64,000 nucleotides of DNA from Pseudomonadota bacterium (lineage in GTDB: Bacteria > Pseudomonadota > Alphaproteobacteria > Rickettsiales > UBA8987): the NCBI GenBank assembly GCA_048498735.1, contig JBEHXK010000004.1, positions 2,283-66,282 of the forward strand, given 5' to 3'. The position numbers and the translations under genes are program-made. The number at the start of each line of letters is the position of its first letter. Position 1 is the first letter of the stretch. Of this stretch, positions 47,901-57,204 are shown one piece after another. The notes under the pieces were generated by a model. That model worked only from the letters and a program-made list of their open reading frames with translations. It ran no database searches and was not told the DNA's origin.

Positions 47901-48716
47901 ATGCAGCTTAAAAGTCAAAGAAATCAGTTACAGAATATTTCTCTGGTCGGTCTTAACGGCACAGCATTCACTATGACTGATTTTAAAGCATATATAAATA
48001 TGAACAGAAGTTACGCTGCAAAAAAAATTTCTTATCTAAGCAGCAATTCTGTTTCTTTCTGGACGATAGCACTTATCCACGTCGCAATTTTGTTCTTTAT
48101 ATTTTTTAGTCCCGTGAAAGTTAAACCGGCGCCGATAATTTCATTCACAGTTAATATGATGGATCCCGCTTCCTCGCAAACGGCGGTTTCAACTGCAGCA
48201 AGCTCACCAACTTCTATACCGCAGCCACAAAAACAAGAACAGGTTGAAGAAAAAAAAGAAGTTAAAGCTGAAACAAAGCAGGAAATAAAACCTGTTCAAA
48301 GCGTGATGCAAAATGTGAAGGTGGCACAAACAGAACAGAAAAAGCAGGAAGTGAAAAAAGCAGTTTATTATACACCAACGACCAATGCCCCTGTTTCAAT
48401 GGCCTCGGTTCAGCATAATGCCGTGGTATCAGATATACCAGCAAGTTATGATGCCGCCTATCTTCATAATAATTCCCCAACCTATCCTCCACTTTCGCGC
48501 AAGAAAGGCGAGGAAGGAAATATTCTGCTTAATGTTTTCGTAAACGCTCAAGGCGCTGCTGAAAAGGTTGATCTGCAACAAGGTTCTGGCTTTAGCAGAC
48601 TTGATCAGGCTGCTCTTGATACTGTAAAAACCTGGCGATTTGCTGCCGCAAAACACGGTGATAGCTTTGTATCTTCCTGGGTGCAGGTGCCGATAAAATT
48701 CGTATTGGAGAATTAA
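47901..48716 (+). CDS. tonB: TonB energy-transducer protein
   Basis: TM with a conserved His (FWTIALIHVAILFF). K/E/Q-rich linker. C-terminal TonB domain reads YPPLSRKKGEEGNILLNVFVNAQG...LDQAALDTVKTWRF. The ATG at 48000 (MNRSYAAKK) is a plausible alternative start. Confidence 0.85.
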   Translation: MQLKSQRNQLQNISLVGLNGTAFTMTDFKAYINMNRSYAAKKISYLSSNSVSFWTIALIHVAILFFIFFSPVKVKPAPIISFTVNMMDPASSQTAVSTAASSPTSIPQPQKQEQVEEKKEVKAETKQEIKPVQSVMQNVKVAQTEQKKQEVKKAVYYTPTTNAPVSMASVQHNAVVSDIPASYDAAYLHNNSPTYPPLSRKKGEEGNILLNVFVNAQGAAEKVDLQQGSGFSRLDQAALDTVKTWRFAAAKHGDSFVSSWVQVPIKFVLEN

Positions 48717-48718
48717 TA

Positions 48719-49543
48719 ATGAATGAAACTTCTAACACAATTCCGGCCACTGCCGGAAACACTTCTGCAACGCTTCTTAGCGCACCTAGTGCACCGGCTG
48801 AGAATTATGGTGCATCCGATATGTGGGGCAAAGGTGATTTCATAAGCCATACGGTTATAATTATTCTGCTTTTCATGTCTATCGCTAGCTGGACGAAAAT
48901 CGTAGTTAAATCATGGCGCGCATATAGCCGCAAGAAGTCTGCTAATGTAGTTGAAAGTTTCTGGGACAAAACAACTATTGATGATGCCGTTGCTTCGCTT
49001 GATAAGGATAGTGGCAATGAATCTTTTGCAGCGCTTGCTCATCAGGCAGTAAATGCTGCAGCACATTTTGATGAACATGCTAATAACACTTTAGGTGCAA
49101 GCCTAGAGCGCGGTGAATTTATTACCCGCGCAATGCGCCAGAGCATAATGCGCAGCACAGCAAAACTTGAAACGGGCCTAACAATGCTTGCATCGATCGG
49201 TTCAGTTGCGCCGTTCGTTGGATTATTCGGAACTGTCTGGGGAATTTATCATGCACTAATGGGTCTCTCTACTACTGGCCAGGCAACGATAGATAAAGTT
49301 TCCGGCCCGGTTGGTGAAGCGCTGATAATGACCGCAGCTGGACTTTTTGTAGCCATACCAGCAGTGTTGGCATATAACGCTTTTGTAAGACTTAACCGCA
49401 TTGAACTTACCGAACTTGATGGCTTTGCACATGATCTTCACTCTTTCCTAGATACAGGTGTGAGGATGAATTCTTCAAAACCGCGCTCCAGTTCAAAAGA
49501 CAAAAAAGCGCAACTGCAACTAGTCGAAAAAGGTAATAACTAA
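48719..49543 (+). CDS. exbB: MotA/TolQ/ExbB proton-channel protein
   Basis: 274 aa. LASIGSVAPFVGLFGTVWGI and GPVGEALIMTAAGLFVAIPAV motifs. Confidence 0.9.
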   Translation: MNETSNTIPATAGNTSATLLSAPSAPAENYGASDMWGKGDFISHTVIIILLFMSIASWTKIVVKSWRAYSRKKSANVVESFWDKTTIDDAVASLDKDSGNESFAALAHQAVNAAAHFDEHANNTLGASLERGEFITRAMRQSIMRSTAKLETGLTMLASIGSVAPFVGLFGTVWGIYHALMGLSTTGQATIDKVSGPVGEALIMTAAGLFVAIPAVLAYNAFVRLNRIELTELDGFAHDLHSFLDTGVRMNSSKPRSSSKDKKAQLQLVEKGNN

Positions 49544-49968
49544 TGGCTTTTGGCGGTTTCAGCGATCAGAATTCACAAGCACCAATGAGTGAGATCAACA
49601 CCACTCCTTTGGTGGATGTTATGCTTGTTCTGCTTATTATATTCATGATCACAGCTCCATTAATCACTAATAGCGTGAATGTTAATCTGCCAGGAACAAA
49701 AACGGCAGCAACACCAGATAAACCTGATGTGATAAATATAAGCATTAATGACAAAGGAAAATTATTCTGGAATGAAACATCTATTCAGGATTCTGAGCTG
49801 GCAACAAAACTTTCTTCTGCCACCGCAACTAAAGATAAATCACAAGTTGAACTGCATTTACGCGCAGATAAAAACACTACATATGAAAAAATCACCCAAG
49901 TGATGACAGAGGTTCAAAAAGCTGGAATTACCAAACTTGGCTTTATCAGCCATGCAGAAGGCGAATAA
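49543..49968 (+). CDS. exbD: Biopolymer transport protein ExbD
   Basis: 141 aa. SEINTTPLVDVMLVLLIIFM motif. TAATG overlap with exbB. Confidence 0.9.
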   Translation: MAFGGFSDQNSQAPMSEINTTPLVDVMLVLLIIFMITAPLITNSVNVNLPGTKTAATPDKPDVINISINDKGKLFWNETSIQDSELATKLSSATATKDKSQVELHLRADKNTTYEKITQVMTEVQKAGITKLGFISHAEGE

Positions 49969-50901
49969 TTATATCACCTCATTAGGTGCAAGTTCACAAT
50001 CACCACTGCCTATCTCGATCTGTATAGTTGTGTGGTCTATATTGAAATCATGGCTCAATTCATGTGCAAGATTTTTTATAAACTCATCACCAGGATGGCC
50101 GGAAGGAATAATCAGATGCGCAGTTAATGCATTTGAAGTTGTGCTCATTGCCCAAATGTGAAGATCATGAACTTCTGAAACACCCTGCTGGCTTTTTAAA
50201 AATTCCATTACCTTATTTCTATCAATTGATTGTGGCACAGCGTGAAGTGTTAGGTTCAATGCCTCTTTTAACAAACCCCAGGTTCCCAAAACTATAATGA
50301 AAGAGATAACCAAGCTCGCGACAGGATCAAGCCATAACCAGCCAGTGTATATTATCAATATTGCTGTAAAAACCACCCCCAGAGAAACAGCAGCATCAGC
50401 GACGAAATGCAAATAGGCAGCTTTTAGGTTCAAATCATTTTTTCTGTCTGCAGCAAGCAGGTATGCTGTAAGACCATTTACAAGAATACCAATTATTGCA
50501 ACTACTATGATAGTATTTCCGTTAATAGCATCGGGCTGAGAAAGTCTTTTTATTGATTCCAATATTATCGCCCCGATCGCCACTAACAATAACACTGTGT
50601 TCGCAAGTGCTGCAAGAATGGAAGTGCTCTGCAAACCATATGTATAACGTTCACTAGGCTTACGATTGGAAAGTATTATTGCCCCCCAAGCTAAAAATAA
50701 CCCCAGCACATCACTGGCATTATGCCCCGCATCGGCAAGAAGCGCCATCGATCCGGCCTTGAAGCCATAAAATACCTCAGCGATAATAAAAATTACATTT
50801 ATTGTTATTCCTATAGCAAAAGTTCTGCCATATTTCATGGGCCCGTGATTATGGCCGTGGTGATCATGATCGTGACTATGATTATGGTGGTGGTTATGCA
50901 T
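49969..50901 (-). CDS. czcD: Cation diffusion facilitator (Zn/Co/Cd efflux), CzcD/ZitB-like
   Basis: 310 aa. His-rich N-terminus MHNHHHNHSHDHDHHGHNHG. Six TM helices with HNASD and HFVAD metal-site motifs. Confidence 0.85.
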   Translation of the reverse strand: MHNHHHNHSHDHDHHGHNHGPMKYGRTFAIGITINVIFIIAEVFYGFKAGSMALLADAGHNASDVLGLFLAWGAIILSNRKPSERYTYGLQSTSILAALANTVLLLVAIGAIILESIKRLSQPDAINGNTIIVVAIIGILVNGLTAYLLAADRKNDLNLKAAYLHFVADAAVSLGVVFTAILIIYTGWLWLDPVASLVISFIIVLGTWGLLKEALNLTLHAVPQSIDRNKVMEFLKSQQGVSEVHDLHIWAMSTTSNALTAHLIIPSGHPGDEFIKNLAHELSHDFNIDHTTIQIEIGSGDCELAPNEVI

Positions 50902-50976
50902 AAATGTATGTAATTTTTATACTAATCTTTATTTTGTAGCAAGGATTGTTAGGTTAGCGATATTACTAAAAGATTT

Positions 50977-52776
50977 ATGAAAATAAAATTATCATATTTG
51001 ATATTTTTCAGCGTTCTATTGATGGCATTGCCCAAAAATGCCGCAGCTGCATGGTGGTGGCCGTTTGGTTATAAAGGCATTAAATATGAAATAAAGATTG
51101 AGGGACTAGATGAAGACACTCTCAGATGGATAAAAACCTTAAAATTAACTGAGCGCAATGAAGAAAATCCGCCTAAGGATGAAGAGGAGCTAACCCAAGA
51201 ATCAGTTGCGTTAGGAGCCAAAATAAAGAAAGCACTTGATGCTCACGGCTTTTATGATGCCGTGATCCAGCAAAAAGTTATAAATGAAAACAACAAGAAC
51301 GAGATCGATTTCAATATCAATCCCGGCACTAGATATAGCATTTCAGAAATTGCCGTGATATGGCCCGAAAATGAAACGCCTGTAAAACAGGTAAATCTAA
51401 GTAAACTGAAAACCCATATAGGTGATGGCATCGATACGGTTATGATCCATGAAGATGCCATACGTATATTGAATCATATCAATAAAAACACCTGCCTGCT
51501 TTCGCTGGATGTATCACCGCTGTTAAAATTATATAGCGGCAGACATGAGGCAAAGCTTGAATTCACCGTTACACATGGGCCTGTTGCGAATTTTGGAAAT
51601 ACAGAAATCAACGGCAACAAAAAAGTTTATGATCCGGCTATCAAACGTTCAATAACATGGAAGCAGGGTGAGTGTTTTGATAAGAAAAAAATCGAGCAAA
51701 CGCAGAATAACCTGATCCAGAACGGCTTATTTGCAAGCGTAAAAGTATCGCCGGAAAATAACGTTAATAATAAAGGCGAAGTTCCGATCGATGTGGTTGT
51801 GAAGGAGCGCGTTCCGCGCACTATAAAGGCCGGTGCGAGTTACAGTACGGATGTTGGTGCTGGTGTTACTTTCGGCTGGGAAAACCGGAACTATTTCAAC
51901 AACGGTGAAAAACTTGATATTGATGGCAAACTTGCTGAGCAAGAACAATCTCTCACCAGCACAATGCGTGTTCCTGGATTTATCAGAAGCGACCAGACCC
52001 TTGTTCTTAATGGCAGTATCGTGAGTGAAAATACTGACGCATATCTATCGGATTCAATAAAAAGCAGCCTGGCATTCGAAAGAAGGTTATATCCAACGCT
52101 AAATTCCGGCCTTGGTGTTGGTTATGAGATTCAAAAAACCCAAGATGCACTGGCAGGCACCAGCAGATATGCCCTGCTCTCTTTCCCAGGCTTTATGGAA
52201 TATGATTCCCGAGATAATGCGCTTGATGCCAAGAAGGGAATTTTTGCGCGCGTAAATCTGACGCCTTATACAGAAACATTCGGTGATGGCGGTAGATTCT
52301 TTAAAACGCAAGGCATTGGCCAAACCTATCTAACCGCCGATGCGCTTACTTTAAAACCAACACTGGCCCTTAAACTTGCAGTGGGCACAATAACCGGCCA
52401 GACTGGTGATAAAATTCCATCTGACGTACGTTTCTATGAAGGCGGCAGCGGTTCAGTACGTGGTTATAGCTATCAATCATTGGGTCCACGCTTGAATGGT
52501 CAGCCAATTGGTGGCTCAAGTTCTATCGAGGCTTCAAGCGAGATCAGGATGAGGTTTACTGAAAAATTTGGTGGAGTTATTTTTGCTGATGCCGGCAATG
52601 CATATGCGGAGGAAATCCCACAATATGACCAGAAATTATATTACGGCGCTGGTATCGGCTTCAGATATTTTTCACCGGTTGGCCCTTTGAGATTTGATAT
52701 CGCATTTCCCATTAACGGCAGCGATATAAACCAGACCGGTTATCAATTTTATGTGAGCATAGGGCAGGATTTTTAA
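50977..52776 (+). CDS. tamA: Omp85-family translocation and assembly module protein TamA
   Basis: 599 aa. Signal peptide, POTRA-like N-terminal repeats and a C-terminal surface-antigen beta-barrel ending ...YQFYVSIGQDF. It is paired with a TamB-like gene. Confidence 0.8.
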   Translation: MKIKLSYLIFFSVLLMALPKNAAAAWWWPFGYKGIKYEIKIEGLDEDTLRWIKTLKLTERNEENPPKDEEELTQESVALGAKIKKALDAHGFYDAVIQQKVINENNKNEIDFNINPGTRYSISEIAVIWPENETPVKQVNLSKLKTHIGDGIDTVMIHEDAIRILNHINKNTCLLSLDVSPLLKLYSGRHEAKLEFTVTHGPVANFGNTEINGNKKVYDPAIKRSITWKQGECFDKKKIEQTQNNLIQNGLFASVKVSPENNVNNKGEVPIDVVVKERVPRTIKAGASYSTDVGAGVTFGWENRNYFNNGEKLDIDGKLAEQEQSLTSTMRVPGFIRSDQTLVLNGSIVSENTDAYLSDSIKSSLAFERRLYPTLNSGLGVGYEIQKTQDALAGTSRYALLSFPGFMEYDSRDNALDAKKGIFARVNLTPYTETFGDGGRFFKTQGIGQTYLTADALTLKPTLALKLAVGTITGQTGDKIPSDVRFYEGGSGSVRGYSYQSLGPRLNGQPIGGSSSIEASSEIRMRFTEKFGGVIFADAGNAYAEEIPQYDQKLYYGAGIGFRYFSPVGPLRFDIAFPINGSDINQTGYQFYVSIGQDF

Positions 52777-55253
52777 TGAAAATATTTTTTAAAATATTGC
52801 TCACTTTGCTTATACTTCTGGTTGTTTCAACTGCCGCAGGTTATGGCCTGCTTAAATCCGATGGCGGCAAGAAATTCCTAACCGAAAAACTTGGAAGACT
52901 AACGCATGGCAAGGTTGATATTCAAAATCTGAGCGGCGATATATTTTCAGAATTTTCTATAGCTTCAGTTACTTTAAAAGATAATAAAGGTATCTGGCTT
53001 GAGATTAATGATCTAAAAATAAACTGGATACCTAAAGCTTTGATTGAGAAACAGCCAATATTTAAAAGCATTGATATTGAAGAATTAAAAATATCAAGGT
53101 TCCCTGAAGATAAAAAAAGAAATTCATCTTCCAGCTTCGATTTAAAGAAATATATGAACTACCTGCCGCAGCATATTTCTGTAAACAGAATAATTCTGCC
53201 TTCTGCCCTTACTGCAAATAATCAGGAGTTAACATTAAGTGGCGATCTGCATGATAATTATTATGACCTCTCCTTAAAAACCATAAAAGGTGCAGATACC
53301 AACCTAACTGCACATATTAAGGCCGATAATGAGAATATTGATGCCAATCTGAAACTAAAGGCAAATGACCTTTCTATAATTCCAACACCTGCGAATCTGG
53401 GATTGGCAGGTAAAATAAATTCTGAATTCAGTGCCAGTGGCCCAGTTGGCGCAATCATATTGAAAGGTTATTTAGCTGGCCATGACCTATATGTAAGTGG
53501 AAGAAGAATATATAATTTCAATTTCCAGCTTGATACGAAAATAAATTCACTCGAACAGAAACCGGCTGATGCTCTCAATATTTCTAGCAGCACTTTGGTG
53601 ATAAATACACCGCAAGGGAAAATCACCGCAAACGGAACTTTGCTTGCTGACCAACTTAATTTCAGCTTGAAGGCAAAAAATTTCGATATGCAGTTCTTAC
53701 CTCTTTCCAATATGCCAAAAACAACTCTTGGCTTGGCATTAAACCTGACAGGAAAGGCCGAAAATCCTATAATTGATATGAAATCCGATCTCAAGATCGC
53801 CGATGCCAGCTATCCTGTTACTGTTTCTTCAATAGGCAAATGGCAGGAAGGTGAGCTTACATTAAATCTAAATGCGAAAAGTAATAAAGCTTCATTCACT
53901 GCATCATCAACCATGAAAGCAAAGCTTTCACTTCTTCCATTTCATACTGATCTAAATAAAGAAACAGAGGTCTCTGCCAAATCTTCCGGCAGTCTGCCGC
54001 TTGATATGCTCAATACTTCTCTAAGACCAATTGGACACAGAATTTCAGGCATGTTAAATGGCGGTATTGATATCACTGGAAATATTGGCACACCAAAAGT
54101 TAAAGGTGATATTCGTTTAAGCAATGGCGAATATGAGAATGCAAAAAGCGGTATATGCCTGCACAATATAAGCTCTGAAATTTCCGCTAATGAAAATGAA
54201 TTAAATATAGTTTCACTCACCGCCAATGATCGCACCGGCGGTAATATGCAGGGCAATACAAAACTTTCTCTCGATGAAATAAAAACGCTAAGTGGCAATA
54301 TAGGTTTTAATCATTTGCGGCTTTTCTGCGGTGGACTTGCAACCGGTTATATTGAGGGCAATATGGGCATTTCTGGCACTCTTGCGGCGGCGATGCTTAA
54401 AGGTAATTTCACTGTCGGTCCGTTAAATGTTCAGATACCTGGTAAACGAAATGAGCAAGGAATTCCTGAGGTTAAAACTGTGTGGATAGAAAATGATCTT
54501 TCCAATAAATCAGATAAACCAATTGAAAATAAAACCGCTAAATCAATAAATGTCGATATTGATGTCAATGCACCAAATCGTATTTTCGTGCGAGGCCGCG
54601 GTGTAGATGCAGAATTTTATGGCAATTTCCACATTATAGGTACTGCTGACAAGCCAGTAATTACCGGAAATCTTACCGCCAAGCGTGGCAAATTCAATCT
54701 ATTTGATCGTGTTCTAACGCTTAAAGATACAAGCATTATATTCGAAGGCATCGTTCCGCCTTCCCCTGTATTAAATGTTAATGCTGAAACGGTTGTAAAA
54801 GATACAACCATAGATGTTAATCTAACAGGCCCATTGACCTCACCAACACTGACCCTCACTTCCACCCCAGTGTTGCCTCAAGATGAACTTCTAGCGCTTA
54901 TACTTTTCGGCCGCCAGATAGATAACATTTCCCCATTCCAGGCAATAAAACTTGCCAATGCAGCAAGAACACTTGCGGGTGAAGATGATGACAGCAACGA
55001 CATACTTTCCAAATCACGTGATAAATTAGGGTTAGATACTCTAGATATAGAAACTGATGAAAATTCCAATGCAACCCTTAACAGTGGAAAATATTTAACT
55101 GACAAGGTTTATGTCGGTGTCAGCCAGGGGCAGGATATTGAAAATCGACAACTTACGACAGAGGTTGAAGTAGCACCAAAAATATCTGCGAAAACCTCCG
55201 TTGATTCCAAAGGTGGTCAGACCCTTGGCCTTGAGTGGAAGCAAGACTATTAA
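52776..55253 (+). CDS. tamB: Translocation and assembly module protein TamB (short form)
   Basis: 825 aa. N-terminal anchor (ILLTLLILLVVSTAAGYGLL), a long beta-rich body and a DUF490-like C-terminus (SGKYLTDKVYVGVSQG...GLEWKQDY). TAATG overlap with tamA. Confidence 0.75.
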   Translation: MKIFFKILLTLLILLVVSTAAGYGLLKSDGGKKFLTEKLGRLTHGKVDIQNLSGDIFSEFSIASVTLKDNKGIWLEINDLKINWIPKALIEKQPIFKSIDIEELKISRFPEDKKRNSSSSFDLKKYMNYLPQHISVNRIILPSALTANNQELTLSGDLHDNYYDLSLKTIKGADTNLTAHIKADNENIDANLKLKANDLSIIPTPANLGLAGKINSEFSASGPVGAIILKGYLAGHDLYVSGRRIYNFNFQLDTKINSLEQKPADALNISSSTLVINTPQGKITANGTLLADQLNFSLKAKNFDMQFLPLSNMPKTTLGLALNLTGKAENPIIDMKSDLKIADASYPVTVSSIGKWQEGELTLNLNAKSNKASFTASSTMKAKLSLLPFHTDLNKETEVSAKSSGSLPLDMLNTSLRPIGHRISGMLNGGIDITGNIGTPKVKGDIRLSNGEYENAKSGICLHNISSEISANENELNIVSLTANDRTGGNMQGNTKLSLDEIKTLSGNIGFNHLRLFCGGLATGYIEGNMGISGTLAAAMLKGNFTVGPLNVQIPGKRNEQGIPEVKTVWIENDLSNKSDKPIENKTAKSINVDIDVNAPNRIFVRGRGVDAEFYGNFHIIGTADKPVITGNLTAKRGKFNLFDRVLTLKDTSIIFEGIVPPSPVLNVNAETVVKDTTIDVNLTGPLTSPTLTLTSTPVLPQDELLALILFGRQIDNISPFQAIKLANAARTLAGEDDDSNDILSKSRDKLGLDTLDIETDENSNATLNSGKYLTDKVYVGVSQGQDIENRQLTTEVEVAPKISAKTSVDSKGGQTLGLEWKQDY

Positions 55254-55370
55254 TAAGCCTTTGTTAGCATTAATTAATTTAAAATCAGCCTGCAAAGCCG
55301 TGGTTGCTAATAACTATGATTTTAATATTGATTTAGCCCCATCTATACATTATAACCGCCGTTCTAAAGT

Positions 55371-55460
55371 GGAAGCGTGGCCGAGCGGTTTAAGGCAGCA
55401 GTCTTGAAAACTGCCGAGGGGGCAACTCCTCCGTGAGTTCGAATCTCACCGCTTCCGCCA
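55371..55460 (+). tRNA. tRNA-Ser (anticodon UGA), CCA encoded
   Basis: Acceptor GGAAGCG/CGCTTCC. Anticodon stem-loop GCAGT-CTTGAAA-ACTGC. Long variable arm. T-arm GTGAG-TTCGAAT-CTCAC. Discriminator G followed by CCA. Confidence 0.93.
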
Positions 55461-55575
55461 GTTTTTTATTGAAGTGATTAGCGCAACAGCGCCACTTTAA
55501 TAAAAAGCTGGAAGATAGTTTGAGATGAGAACGAAGTTCGAAAGCAAAGCCAACAGGCTGCGGCTTGCACGAAGT

Positions 55576-55595
55576 GAATCTCACCGCTTCCGCCA
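55576..55595 (+). repeat. Exact 20-nt direct repeat of the tRNA-Ser 3' end (att-like scar)
   Basis: GAATCTCACCGCTTCCGCCA is identical to 55441-55460, 115 nt downstream of the tRNA. Confidence 0.9.
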
Positions 55596-55623
55596 TTTGA
55601 AACGAAAACGGCTCCGATTTGCT

Positions 55624-55649
55624 AAGTTCGAATCTCAGTCGAGGCTCCA
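55624..55649 (+). repeat. Second tRNA 3'-end-like fragment (T-loop + T-stem + acceptor + CCA layout)
   Basis: AAGTTCGAATCTCAG-TCGAGGC-T-CCA. The first 14 nt match the tRNA-Ser T-arm at 13 of 14 positions, and the acceptor part differs. Confidence 0.55.
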
Positions 55650-55670
55650 TTAGGTTCGAAACCTCAAATT

Positions 55671-56120
55671 TTATCTCAAAGCCAAGCTATTTATTTTCGA
55701 AATCAGTGCTGCTGGGAAAATCTTACTGACGCTATCAGGAAAAGATCGAATTTCAGCTTTTGATAAAAAATCCGTAATTTCGAATTTAGTCTTATCTATG
55801 GCGGCTACCCTAGCTGCTCCCTCGTTTTGAATAATGCCCTTAGAAGAAATTTTTACCCAAACATAATATTTTGGATATGCAACGCCGCTTTGCGTAGGAC
55901 CATCTCGAAGCATCTCGTATTCCACAAGAGTGTTTTTTTGCTCATCATTTTTAAAATAAGCTTTTAAATCTCTTTTTAGAAAGGAATCAAAATTCTCAGC
56001 AGATGGAACATTCCCCTTAATATAAGAAAGTTGAACATTTGCCATTTCTTGAGCATGGCATATGGATGAGAAGCTCATTCCCAATAACACAAGAATAGAC
56101 AATAGAGATTTTAGCATCAT
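55671..56120 (-). CDS. Small secreted hypothetical protein
   Basis: 149 aa. Signal peptide MMLKSLLSILVLLGMSFSSICHA. No recognised motif. It lies between tRNA-like fragments. Confidence 0.55.
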   Translation of the reverse strand: MMLKSLLSILVLLGMSFSSICHAQEMANVQLSYIKGNVPSAENFDSFLKRDLKAYFKNDEQKNTLVEYEMLRDGPTQSGVAYPKYYVWVKISSKGIIQNEGAARVAAIDKTKFEITDFLSKAEIRSFPDSVSKIFPAALISKINSLALR

Positions 56121-56280
56121 TTTAACCCTAGCGGTTTATTATTAAACAATAACTAAATTTACATAACGAGCAATGTTTTATATAAGATAGGACTATACTG
56201 GCATTAGGTAATTAACTGCATGATAGCACTGCTACTTGTCCAATTGATTTTGTGCCTTATAATTCTAACAAAATCAGTGG

Positions 56281-56314
56281 GGCGAGTTCGAAATCCGTTC
56301 GCTACGCGCCGCCA
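56281..56314 (+). other. Degenerate tRNA 3'-end-like fragment ending in GCCA
   Basis: GGCGAGTTCGAAATCCGTTCGCTACGCGCCGCCA has a GAGTTCGAA(A)TC core like the tRNA-Ser T-arm. The stem GGCGA/TCGCT encloses an oversized loop. Confidence 0.3.
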
Positions 56315-56333
56315 TTAGATTATCATCTATATT

Positions 56334-57122
56334 TTATTCTAAATTCCCAAAAGCGTAGGCATCCATAGCAAGAACTCCGAGAGTAACATCATCATGGAGT
56401 TTTTTGACTTGTTTTAAATCTTCCCCTGCAGCGCCAAGGCTAACAAAAAACGGAAGAAAATGTTCAGGCGTTGGGTGATTTTGTTTCGCATATGGTGCCT
56501 GACTTTCCCACTGCAATAAATTCTCAATATTGTGTTCTTTAAGATTTTCTTCAACCCAGGAAGAAAAATCACTTACCCATTGCGGAGTTTTTTTATAACC
56601 ATTTCTGATCTCACGTAAATTATGTGTAAGGTTACCTGTGCCGATGATCAAAATATTTTTTTCACGAAGTTTGGCTAAAGCACGGCCAATATTGTAATGC
56701 CATTTCGCATCATGAAGGGGCTGGATCGAAAGTTCTATCACCGGAATATCCGCCTCCGGATACATAAGAAGAAGCGGGTTCCATGCGCCATGATCAAGGC
56801 CGCGATGTGCATCCAAACCTGAAACAAAACCTACCTCACGCAAAATGTTGCTTATATCTGCTGCAAGTTGTGGATCACCTTTTGCGGGATATTGTAGTTT
56901 ATATAATTCTTCCGGAAAGCCATAAAAATCATGTTTTGTGAAAAGGTTCTCGGCTCCTGTCAGCATTGGGTTTTCAGTTTCCCAATGTGCAGAGGCAACC
57001 AAAATAGCTTTGGGCCTAGGAAGTTTTTTTGAAATATCACGCAAAAACTTTGTTGTAGGCGCATCTTCAAGCGCCAGCATAGGCGAACCATGTGATATGA
57101 ATAATGTCGGCATTGAGGTCAT
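56334..57122 (-). CDS. ygiD: Class III extradiol dioxygenase, YgiD / 4,5-DOPA dioxygenase family
   Basis: 262 aa. Collinear with E. coli YgiD through MPTLFISHGSPM, LPRPKAILVASAHWE, HDFYGFPEELY, LDHGAWNPL, YPEADIPVIELS and TGNLTHNL. Confidence 0.9.
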   Translation of the reverse strand: MTSMPTLFISHGSPMLALEDAPTTKFLRDISKKLPRPKAILVASAHWETENPMLTGAENLFTKHDFYGFPEELYKLQYPAKGDPQLAADISNILREVGFVSGLDAHRGLDHGAWNPLLLMYPEADIPVIELSIQPLHDAKWHYNIGRALAKLREKNILIIGTGNLTHNLREIRNGYKKTPQWVSDFSSWVEENLKEHNIENLLQWESQAPYAKQNHPTPEHFLPFFVSLGAAGEDLKQVKKLHDDVTLGVLAMDAYAFGNLE

Positions 57123-57204
57123 AAAAAGCTTTTAAGACTAGATAATATAAGTTTTCAAGCATACAATATGGTTACAAAAGAGTAAGTAACGCTTTGGGGG
57201 ATAA

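Noticed and set aside
55390-55650. 86 aa minus-strand ORF
   Set aside because: It overlaps tRNA-Ser and the tRNA-derived repeats. Its apparent coding capacity comes from the repeated tRNA sequence.
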